Source: Botryllus schlosseri (taxonomy: Eukaryota). Taken from it: a stretch of 64,000 nucleotides of DNA. This document shows positions 53,022 through 64,000 of this stretch, piece by piece; the stretch's first letter is position 1, and the number at the start of each line of letters is the position of its first letter. The notes under the pieces were generated by a model. It saw nothing but the letters and a program-made list of their open reading frames with translations, did not search any database and was not told the DNA's origin. The position numbers and the translations under genes are program-made. The DNA is taken from assembly GCA_051294905.1 (NCBI GenBank), contig CM119371.1, forward strand, positions 17,238,001 through 17,302,000, in the 5' to 3' direction.

Positions 53022-53119
53022 GATAATTCAGAAGCAATGTTCTTCCGAGCACTTTTTGCACCACCGCGAATGACCATAACCACGACGAGTTTTTGCAACA
53101 AAGGTTTGAAGTTATGCAC
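53022..53119 (+). CDS. 5' half of an exon split by the 53120-59689 transposon (3' half at 59698-59731/59742)
   Basis: TTTCGTTCCAG acceptor. The frame stays open across the rejoined TSD to a GTAAAA donor. Confidence 0.5.
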
Positions 53120-53723
53120 TAGGGTTGTTCAAAATTTAGAAAATGTGTGGAATACTGCGTATACCTGGCTTATTCTGCAGATAATTATTAAAAAACAATA
53201 ATGGGCCTGAAATAAGCTCGCAGGAAAGCCGGTAAGATTTGTCTAAATGCACTAGAAAGTAGCAGTCCGCTGGAGGGGGGAGGGCAAACAAAAGCCAATA
53301 ATCTTGATTGGTTGAAGCCGGTAATAATATGCTACTGATTGGCTGAAAGACCAACTTTGTGAACACTGCTGGTAACGATTTCTGTCTATGCTGTCGTGCA
53401 GTCGTTTCTGTTGGTGGCATTGCAGACATGATAGGCCTATATTGATATCGGTAATGTTGTCATCGAGAGTCCATAGTGCAACATTATAGCTCCTAAGGCA
53501 GGGACGGGCAAACTACGGCCCGTGGGCCGCATATACCGTTTTGTGCGGCCCGCGAAAGGCCCAACAATCGTATTTAAAATATTGAAAAATGCGCAGTAAA
53601 AATCTAATTTCTGCAGGTACTTGATTAAACTTTTTCTCATTATATTTCTCCATGAATAGCATAAGTTATATTCTGACTAGTATATTTTATTTTATTCCTG
53701 GGGCGATAGCCCGACCTCAAGGC

Positions 53724-54263
53724 TAGAGGTCGACCGATATTGATTTTTACAGACCGATACCGATATATCAACACACTCACAAGGCCGATAACCGATATCA
53801 CAGACCGATATAAATATGGAAGGAGCAGAGAACAATTTCACCCAAAATATCCTATATTAGGCAAGATGGCACTTGCACAACAAACGAGAAAACTGAAATT
53901 GAAAATAATTATTGCCTAAATGTGCACATTCGTTGAAATTTGGGATAACCCAAAAAGCAAAACGTGATACAGAATTGCATATCAGTCCAGCAGAAGTAGA
54001 TTGTAATGGAGGAAGCATAGTTTATCAGCCTGCTCACGCAGTTAAACTCGTCCTGCAAGGGAAAATCTGTCATATATCGCCCTTTGCGTCGTCGATTTCT
54101 TGAGATTGAGAACACGGAGCATTGAATTTCAAATATTTTTAAAAAAATTTTAAATATAAAATATCGGCCGCAATATCGGCCTTCCTAGGCCGATATCGAT
54201 GATCAGGAAAGCTTTAAATATCAGCCTCGATAATCGGCCATGTCGATAATCGGTCGACCTCCA
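53724..54263. mobile_element. hAT MITE with CCGATA subterminal repeats
   Basis: TAGAGGTCGACCGAT...ATCGGTCGACCTCCA. Perfect TSD CTCAAGGC. Confidence 0.9.
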
Positions 54264-54990
54264 CTCAAGGCCCACGCATGTTAAAAGGTTTCAATCGCTA
54301 AACATTACAGAAATTCAAATGGGAATGACTTTCGGATCACGAGTGTAATTTTACATTGGCCACCTCAGCATGTTTATTACTTTTAGTCCTGTACTTGTAA
54401 AAACCGATTCGCGCGCCGTTCTCCGCCTTTGCAGAAGTATTTATATTTATAAAATCTATATATTGCATATTTGAAGCTAACATGGTTATGAGTTATGACG
54501 CTGTCGCCATTGTGTGTCCTGGAGTTGAGCCAAAAGTAGAATCAGCATATCTATAAACAGATCACTGCTCACAGATTCAAATCTCCATCCTGTTCTAAGA
54601 ATCGGGACAACTGACTTCATCCCTAGTTTTGAAAATTGGTTATATGGTTGCGTCACAATACCAAAATCAGTTACAATGCCACATTCGAGGCTGATTTTGA
54701 GGGGTCCAGAACGAGCAGAATAAAATTTATATTTTAAAAATCAGTACAAAGGTAGCTTTCGATTGATACTCATTTTATCAAATTTAATACTCGGAAAGCC
54801 GGTCAAAAATTACCGTCAAATTGCCTTTGACCAAATGAAAAGTGTGACGTAGACCAATTTCACTGAGCCGTGTGATTTGGTTGTGTCGATACCATATAGG
54901 ACACTATTGTGCAATCCCTAATTATAATTTCGAGGCGTTCGATACGCCCGGTACCCCAAATTTACCAAGATATCAAATCATTAGGGTTGA

Positions 54991-55267
54991 TGAGGTGCCG
55001 AGATAGCATAGTGGTATAAGCCACAGCTACAACACCAATGGGTTATGGGTTCGTGTCCGACCGAGGTCAACTCCAGAATTCTAGCTAAGAGTTGGAGGTT
55101 TATCTAGACTCCTCCTCGCCAGCTTATTCGCATACGCGGTGTCATACAAAAGCCTAGAAGTGTGCCGTGATACAAGTCGGCGGTTACCGAATCAAAAATT
55201 AGAAATATTGACCTTGTGTAAATGACAATGTTAGGTAGTCGTCAAACACCATGATTAACACAAACAA
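54991..55267 (+). mobile_element. tRNA-derived SINE (second family)
   Basis: A box TAGCATAGTGG, B-box-like GGTTCGTGTCC, CAA-rich tail and 12-bp TSD CATTAGGGTTGA. Confidence 0.82.
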
Positions 55268-56369
55268 CATTAGGGTTGAGTAGCCTAAGCCTACATCGTA
55301 AATTCTTATGAAGTAAGTCTTCTCGCATTGACGAGCTCACGCGTAATCTCCACCCTCATACGCTGCGCAGGCGCACACACGTATGTAATAACATAGAGTC
55401 ACTAAAATTTGACGTAGTTAGCAAGTATATAGTGGGGAATATCGGTAGACTGGGGCCGCCATGGCCACATTATCATGTAAGATGGTAAACTGTCCACGGG
55501 CCGGACAAAATCCCGTCACGGGCCGTATGTTGCCCGCCCCTGATTTATATATTATATCCATATTTCTACGGTCACTATATGATAGTGGTTCTCAAACTGG
55601 TGGGTGGGGTGGAAGCATCTGGAAGAAGGCGCGAAGCCGCAGCAAACTGAAAACTTTTTCGCGCTCCGCGCGAAGTGTCTCCCGTTTATGGTTATTGCTC
55701 TGTCTGTTATCCATATTTCATATTTGATTATTCTCACGTCTACAGCCATAACCTCAATGCCATCATACTATCCATCGGGATTGCTAGCAATCTGATTTCT
55801 CTCTTGGGTATTTTATGATATCACGATAACTGCGGCGCGAAATTTTTCACTATGATAAAAGGCGGCGTGTCTAATAAAGTTTAAGCACCACTGCTACCGG
55901 TATATGATTAAATACTAATATAGCCTTTGGGCTAATAATCTCAATTTAATATAGTGTGGCCCGCGAATGGATTCAGATGTTGAATGCGGCCCGCGAGCCC
56001 AAAGCTTTGCCCACCCCTGTCCTAAGGTATTGTCTACCTGCAGAATGTGTATATCAGTGTTTCTATGTATTGCACAGGTGCTCTCACTAGTTGAGATACG
56101 AATAAACTAGATGAATGCATCTTGCTACCTTCGACCTTTCCAAAACGTACTGACAGTGAGTGAAACTCAAAAAATTCCCACCAGTAGTCAATATCCCTGT
56201 AGTACTTGTTATGACTAGTCGACGTCTCACCTATAAGCCAACGCATATTATAAATTTTATTCTGATTGAATGAAGGCAAAAAGCGCTATTTACAAAAGAC
56301 CTTAAAAAAAGTATGTTGCAGGATCACTGTTGCATTGTCATGCACAATTTGCTTATTGCAGACCTTTGA

Positions 56370-58640
56370 TTTGAGTTTACTTCCTGTGGTCACGGACTGT
56401 CTTCCTATGCTGCTTCCACAGCTTGAAGCGCACTGTCTCTTTGTTTTTCATTGGCATAGTCCAGTGGTTACCAACCTTTTTCACCCACGCACCACTTCAA
56501 GGTTTGATGCAGTGCTCGCGTACCAGCAACATAATTTACGCAAGCCGTAGGGCGTAGTCGGTCAAAAATGTTTTAACCATTTATGACGACATATTCACGT
56601 ATTTGACCCATGTGTCGTGTAATAACTAGGGTGATTTATTTACATAAAAGTCGGAGGATTCGAACCTAAAAAACTTAATTTTGACCAAAATTTTACCTCA
56701 CGCACGCTAATTAGGTGAATTGGCATATAATGTTAAAATTGAACTACTTAATTCATTTTTGGTTGGCACTGTCTGTCCTTGCAAAGTAGTTTTGCCTGAA
56801 AAAGCGTTTTTGACTTGAAAACTGACATATTTTGATATAAATTTTTTTAAGGATATCTGGACCAGTAGTTACAACATTTATTATGGTAGAGTTAATAAAA
56901 ATTTGTCGTAGCACAACGAAAGATACTTTCCTACATTCTCGTGTAGAAAGTGTCTGTCCTTATAATAAGTAGCTTGCCAAGAATGGGAAAGACCGTTCGA
57001 AAGCAATAGTTGTTGGCTGACAACACTGAATTTGTGCGTGCAATCTACACTGCTGGTGATACACCATGATGCTTCATTCTGACAATGTTGTCATACATGT
57101 CAATTTTATATCATGCGCTTCTTGATAAAAAGAACCATGCAATGCCCAATCAGTCTTGCTTCAAATAGGATATTGCGGTACGTTGAGCCTAACATCATGT
57201 CAATTGTCAACCTATTCGTTTCGTTTGACAGTTTATGATCCACGATCAGCAGCCAATAGGCTGTCTACAACGGTAGGCTTATAAAGTTGGCTACAAGCTG
57301 TAAAATAACAAAATCTAAGATGCAAACGAAATGAAGGGGTCAAAAAATGTTGACTTTGTAAACAATTTTTTGATTTAAAGCTTCAATTCTGTCAAAATAT
57401 TCGACCTAGTAATAAAAATATCTATTAAGCTAGGCATTATCAGTCCTAGTTGATTAGATGCATGGAATTGTTTTTCCACTACTAGTCAAAAAAATTCAAA
57501 AAATTCCAAATCAACCCCACCTGAATTATCAACTTCCTTCATTCCAAAACAAAAAACAGAATCTACTCGCGTACCACCTGGAAGACCTTCGCGTACCACA
57601 GGTTGGGAACCACTGGCCTAGTCTGTGCTAAGCTTCAAACCTCGTTCTGCGGCATCATAAACGACTTTGCCAGAACAGATGTAGGAGCTCATTCTTGTAT
57701 AGAAATCTGATAAGTGCTAAAGATCAACCGGGTGAGCTAGCCACGCCCAAAAGCATTCATAAACATCAAATATGTACCTTCTGCAGGCCCCTTCTGAAGC
57801 TTGAAGTTCGCTTTACCTGCAGGAGCATCTTTGTCATGTTTTCTCGGGTTTCATTGATTTCGCTCGGCGAAAACAAGGTATATACAGAGGTTTTCTCCAC
57901 GATATATCATTCATGCTTTAAAAGCTTCCGTTAAGCAGCTTTGGAAACGTGTCCATCATGTTCCATGTAACTCAACATGTCCTGTATGAAACTCAAGTCA
58001 TTACCGGCTGAATCACGGCCGACGCTGAATGCTGGGATCAACCCAGGCAGGGATATAAAAGAGAACTGAAAATAAATTGAAGCGATGCAGTAGTTCCACT
58101 TCTCCAGATTGTAATGTAACTGATCAGCCAACACGAACATCTTATGAGCATACATAATTGTGACCATCCATCTTGCATGGTGTGTTGCACCAGGTTTGTG
58201 ATGATGTATATTTTCACCTGCAACGAGAAGAGCAAGAGCATCACATACATTGTCTGTAGTCATCCAGTGTGAAGAAATCTTTTCCGGTCAGTAGCAGCTT
58301 GAAGTTACCAACTGTCACTGCATGCTCGTTCTTTAAAACATATAGGAATAGTCAGAGTCTTGAATTTCTGCTTTCTGTCAAGACTGCTCCAGCTCTTCCT
58401 AAAGTGAGCAAACCATATTCACTCCATCTTTAGTGCAGGTTTTGAAGTAATTGCACCACATGTGACTTCTGCATTGTCGCAATTCTCGCCATTTTCCGCA
58501 CTGTCCTTACATGGTCCGCCACCACATTACTTAATTCATGGGTAGGGGTTGACTGATGACAATGCTCTTTCATATGCAGCAAGTAATTCTTTACTTCTCG
58601 TATAGTAGGTGATCTCAAGCCACACATGTAATTGCAAGTA
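56370..58640 (-). pseudogene. Fragmented hAT (hATm-like) transposase
   Basis: N-terminal PTIREVKNYL (58430-58627), PGATHHARWM (57931-58263) and KVVYDAAERGLKL (57630-57668). The last joins across a MITE TSD to DYANEKQRDSALQAVE. Many stops and frameshifts. Confidence 0.78.
56462..57615. mobile_element. Buster-like MITE inserted in the transposase
   Basis: CAGTGGTTACCAACC...GGTTGGGAACCACTG. TSD GCATAGTC/GCCTAGTC. Confidence 0.85.
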
Positions 58641-61600
58641 TATCGAAGTACTACTCAGATTTAGACCTTGTTCTTCGCTGCGGCATGTGTATAATCTTTC
58701 GCCGTTTTGCCTTGTCATTACTGCAATATGGTTGCTCCAAATCATATAGCCTACTACTGCTATTGAATCTAAAGCATTCAACGAATACGTGTTATAGTAC
58801 TGCTAATGACGAGGGCAAGTTTTTGCAACTTTTGCAACTTTTTTACAGCTTCCGGCAGCTTCCTAAATACTCGAAAGATATGTAAAATGCTGTTTTAAGC
58901 TGTTTGAAGGAATCTTATAGTGCAATTTTTTGCAACTTTTGTCCTTTTTTTTTCATGCAACTTTTTGCAAAATTTTGCAGCTTTTTCGAATTCAATGAAA
59001 GCATTCTTGATTTGGGTGAAATACACGGCAAAATTCGACTGAAATACCGTAAATCAGCACTGAAGTAATGCTCATACGGGTATTTCGGGAGCTGAGCCGG
59101 AAAGCTTACCTTTATTTCAGTCAATCAATAGAGAATGAGGATGGAATACTCTATTTCGGTATTGGAACTGGGAAGTTGACCTTTTTTTTAGTCAACCGAG
59201 CAAAATGTGGTCTTTTAGTGCAACTTTTGTGAAAAAATAATTGTAACTTTTTACTGCAAGTTTTGTCAAAAATAAATGCATCTTTCCACGGATTCAACTA
59301 TAACAAAAACTTGCATTTCTATTGGCATCAATCCACAAATAGCTTGTACAGAACCATAGCCGCTACTAACACACTCGAACTCAGCAAAACAGACTTCGGA
59401 ATTAGTAAAGCGAAGCACCCGAATCCGAGTCAGCTGTTGCAGTAATCCTTGGAGATTAGCTGATTAACCAATCAAAACTGTGCTTTCGTGATCGCCCGCC
59501 TATCGCAACTCTGCTGTTGGTAGCCCGCCCACTCTTCAACAACGACTTTCAAGCGGATTTAGAAAAATCTTACAGACTTTCCTGCGAGCGTCATTCGGGC
59601 CTATTATTGCTTTTTTTAAAACAATAATCTACAGAATAAACCATTGATAAGCAGTATTCCAAACATCTTCCAAATTATGAAAGACCCTTTCATGCACCCT
59701 TTTGAATTTATATATACAGACCGTCGCGTTAGTAAAATGAGGGTAAATAAGGTGTATTTAGCATGCTCCATTATTGCGTGGCGTGCAAATCCCGCCATCG
59801 GCACTTTTTAGTAATGAATTCTACCTTCACACCTATTCCAATGGATGAATGAATGAATCTTATACATCAATCTTAACGAGGGTATATCTCAGCGGTGCGG
59901 TTGGTTCACTTTTCGTGTATCACCTTCTTGCCCTTTCTTGAAGGGAGTGGAAAGGGGTGTAGTTACTAGATTTCCAACATAGCGTAGGGTCCAAATCAGT
60001 CCATCATTAACCACTGGTACAAAATTTTGATTTCAACCTCATTTTAATAGTGAGTGGAAACGAGTCACATACATCAATACTGCTAAAGTTGTACACAAAG
60101 CGTACAATGGGTACCTCCTTGGAGCGACTTATGGGGTGGTACACGAAAACAGGACCCTTCTTCCCTGGGATATGTCTGTATATGACTTCTTTTCACATGT
60201 CAGAATGATCACGTACGCCTGTCCACCACTTCATTTGACACCATATCATTGTTTCATGCAATCAAAAATATATGTTTGGTAAGGGTGGTAGGCTTCATAA
60301 GAACGCAGACGTTCATGAAAACTCAATTATGAACAAATGTGAACAAAGTGATATGCCGTTGAGAGATGTAATAATCCTAACTCAGACGCAAATCTATTTT
60401 TAGATCTAAATGTTCCATAATGATGTCATAGGATCCGTGGTTAGATAACGGACCGAAAGAGCCTTAGTTCGAACCAATGTCCTCGGGTTGTTCGGATGAT
60501 CTTTTTATATCAATATAGATTCCTCCCTGTTCTATCCTTACTATCTTGCTAAGGATTCAGACAAGTGAATACACGCGTCTTTTACAGTCAAGATATTGCT
60601 ATTTACAGAATACCGTGCATACTTCGGTTTGCATCAGCTCGAGTCCCAGACCGTCACATGTGCAATCCACATGTAACCCTCTAGCTAGATATGTCATGCA
60701 ATGAACTTAGTGAGTACGCAACACTCCCCACTCACTGAAAGTGGCATTTTAAGCTCGATCATACTGCTTTCTTACTGTGCGGGAAGATATAAACCAGTGG
60801 TCACTAACTCATAATGGGCAAACGACAAATTTTTAGCGTGGAATATCGAAGGATAAATAAGGTATTCGCTATAGCCAATGTTTAACAGGTTCTACGGCAC
60901 TGCACCAGTCGAAACCCTGTATTTCATTTTGTATATGTTATAATTTATAAATATTATTTTAAGCCATGAACTCACGAATATTCAATTGTGTCGACATAGT
61001 AGATTGACATTGACGATTGAAAATATAGGGTAAATATAGCTTCTTTGAGAAATAGCTTTTCAACCTCTGGACCAAAAATTTCTATGACCATGACTACATT
61101 GTCATGCAGCAATTTTACAGTCATCATCACCAGAAACTTAATTACGTACCAGTGATCTAAATCTACGTATTTCAGCTGTTGAACCGACTGTTTCGAGGGT
61201 TCTAAGCGACCCATATCGCGTCAGCTATATCGGGCGGTAATCCGCAGGCAAATACAACACATCTTTTTAAAAGTATTTACACAATTATGGCATAATATTA
61301 CAACTTAAAAAATTATAATTTCGTTTTAGGCCTTTGTTTAATACAATGGTTAAAACATGTTTTGAACAAAGCGTTTTAAACATCCATTAATTTTAAATGA
61401 ATCCCTAGGGATAATGGTTCTAAACACGAATTTATGAGACCGTTATATACATATCCGAATGTCACATTGTTGCAATACGGAAATAAACGTCGCCTTCTCA
61501 GTTATTCGCCACCTTTATATATTCCAGGATCTCCTCCACCTCCTCCGCCACCTAATTCGTTAGAATTCAAGCAAAGAAACGGTAAGATCACGTCAGATAT

Positions 61601-61707
61601 AGGATATAGGTTTGGAACTGTTAATGGAATTAAGACTAGAAATGCATAAACATGAGCACATATATGTACACACAGGGTTGTCCAAAATTTGGAAAATCTT
61701 TAAATAC

Positions 61708-64000
61708 CCCGTGTGTGGGTGAGTAGGGGGTATTATGGCGCTCAGCAACTAGGGCTCTGTGCGCCAGGCCTGAGTGGGAGGGTTGATTGGGGGTTATATT
61801 GCCCTTCTGGTCAATATCACATAATCTATTATTGGACGTACCATTATAGGATTGTTCAGTAGTACATGAAAGTCCGTTGGAAGTTGTTGTAGATTACATC
61901 TACCGAGTAGGTAACCTCTTTGTGATCGGTGACGCGTGCATGTAAATATGAAGTGTTCTAACGTTTCGGGCACATGGCATCGTTCACAGAGACCACTGTC
62001 ATGCTGGCCAATTCTGTGCAGATGTGCATTTAGTCGATAGTGACCTGTTTGAAGCCGAATAAGGATAGAGTTTTCACGCTGATTCAGTTCGTGTAGTTGG
62101 GAGGTTGCACCGACCAAATTCACCAGGTAAACATATCTGGAGCTCGATTCCTGATCCCGTATCTCCTTTTGCCATTTTGTGCGACAAAAGTCTGATATCA
62201 TGGATTTGCATTCGCTAAGCGTCAGCGAAATCTCTTCCATCCCATTGTTGATGATGTTCGCTGCAGCTTTTGCAAGCCTATCCGCCACTCCGTTGTTTAC
62301 TATTCCTTTGTGAGCCGGGATCCATATAATTTTTGTGCGGCTGCCGCTTGACGAGAGGCTAGAAATACACTGAATGATGTCATCGATAACCATGTTGCCT
62401 TCGTTGAGTCTTTGTTCGATGGCTTTGGTCGCACTTTGCCTGTCTGTAAAAATGGCAATATTTGAGTTTGATGGACAGTTACTGCATGCCCAAAACAGAC
62501 TTTCCTTGATGGCGATAAGCTCCGAAGAGTACACACTTTTTAAACTACTCAAGGAAAGATTGAAAGAGACAGCAAGTGTTGGGATGTAGTAGCTGGCACC
62601 GCATCCCAGGTCAGTTTTTGAACCGTTAGTATATATAGCCAAATGATGATTGTAGCGGGTAGACATATACTCTTTGCACACAATTCTGATCGCATCGGGG
62701 TGTTCGATGTTTAAGGTCTAAGAGCCAAGAGTTAGGTCTACTGAAATTTCCAAAGGAATCCATGGGGGTACGGAAGCGGGTTCAATTCGGGTGAGTTTTA
62801 TGTTTCTGAGCGGGTCTATATTAGATATCACATTGAATGTCTTGAAATTTTTCGAGTCTGGAAAAATTTCGTACCAGGAGTGTTGTGTTACCGATAAGCA
62901 ATGGTGTCTAGCTTGGCACAATACTGTGCACCGGTATGCGGCGCATGCTTGCAGGTGCCGAAGATGTATCGGTAATTCGTTACAGAAAGTCTGTAGCGTG
63001 ATCGTTGGGGTACTAATCATTGCCCCACAACAGAGCCGAAGAGCAGAGTTTTGTATCTTCTGTATGGTTTGACTGACATACTTCGGTGCTATAAAATATG
63101 GCTCCAATCCATATTCCATCATGGAGCGAATAATGGCTCTATAAAGTAATATCATGCATGACGTAGACGCACCCCGGGATGTGCCTCGCAGACACCGTAG
63201 GATATTCAGGCGCTTACTACATTTTTCAGCTAATTGGCGGGAGTGCTGCCGGTAGGTAAGTCGAGAATCAAACGTGATGTCAAGATACCGGAATTCTCTT
63301 TCGAACTGGATCCGCGACCCATCGAGAAATAGCTCAAAATTTGCGGGCTTGCGCCGTCTCGTGAATAGCATGGCAGCCGATTTGCTCAAGTTCATTTTCA
63401 ATCCCCACTTTTTACACCAATTAGCAACCTTATTCAAGGAGTGCTGTATAATTTGCTGGCGGTCCAACGCATTCAAGTTTGAATCGTAAATACATATATT
63501 GTCTGTGTATAGGTTGACATGACAAGTGACTTCTACGGGTAAGTCATTCATCATATTTGCTAACAAAACTGGGCTTCCTTGTGGTGTGCCATTTGTCGTA
63601 TGGTAAGTATCGGACAGCTGATCTATAATTCTAACTTGAAATGACCGATGATTAAGGAAGGAGTTCAAGCAACGTAACGAACTACCACGAATACCAAGAT
63701 TATGGAGTTTATACACTATTGCTCCCTGCCATACCCTGTCATAGGCTTTTTCCAAATCTAAAAATACCGCTAGGGTATATCTCTTGTTCGAAACGGCCTT
63801 ATAAACTTCATCATGTAGAGAGATAATGCAGTCTCTGGTCCATCTGCAGGGTTGAAAGCCGCAATGAGCAGGGTGCAGGAGGTTGCCAGTTTCCAGACAC
63901 CACCATTCCACCATATACGATTGCATATCAAGCGTTCCATAATTTTACACATATCGCTTGTAAGTGAGATAGGTTTATACGAGGCTGCTTCGGTCGCTAT
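61708..64000 (-). mobile_element. LINE ORF2 3' part: RT + RNase H + CCHC finger (I-group-like), inactive
   Basis: RT motifs AVFLDLEKAYD, GTPQGS and YTDN (degenerate YADD). RNase H IYTNGSK and WIPAHKGI. Finger CERCH...HFIFTC. Break between ORFs 62718 and 62681; 3' UTR hairpin GGCGC...GCGCC. Runs off the window. Confidence 0.93.

Larger units (their letters stand above)
53499..56019. mobile_element. Buster-like MITE nested in 53120-59689
   Basis: CAGGGACGGGCAAA...TTTGCCCACCCCTG. Perfect TSD TCCTAAGG. Confidence 0.9.
53120..59689 (-). mobile_element. Decayed formerly autonomous hAT (hATm-like) transposon
   Basis: About 130-bp imperfect TIRs (TAGGGTTGTTCAAAATTTAGAAAATGTGTGGAATACTGC...). TSD TTATGCAC/TCATGCAC. 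Transposase remnants lie inside. Confidence 0.85.

Noticed and set aside
56627..57522. Additional TAGGGTG element nested in 56462-57615
   Set aside because: The right TIR and TSD are too degenerate to call.

Overview
AT-rich eukaryotic DNA, most consistent with a marine invertebrate such as an ascidian (inferred from GT-AG introns of 61-73 bp, a metazoan NLR-type NACHT exon and dense hAT MITEs). No prokaryotic operon or CRISPR array is present. The window is dominated by one long + strand multi-exon locus. A 1.15-kb NACHT (STAND NTPase) exon at 8242-9392 splices in frame into two winged-helix/helical exons. These are followed by at least 15 candidate exons, almost all phase 0/0 and 44-66 codons long, spread to about 59.7 kb; they may encode a highly divergent repeat solenoid. 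Distal exons show lesions, including a 6.6-kb hATm-like transposon inserted in an exon, so the 3' part may be decaying. The introns hold over 20 TIR elements with readable 7-8 bp TSDs, nested up to four deep, plus two tRNA-derived SINEs and a tRNA-Leu(UAA)-like tandem remnant. Two decayed RNase H-bearing LINEs flank the locus. Exon boundaries and TSDs were read by eye; family names come from recalled motifs, not database searches.
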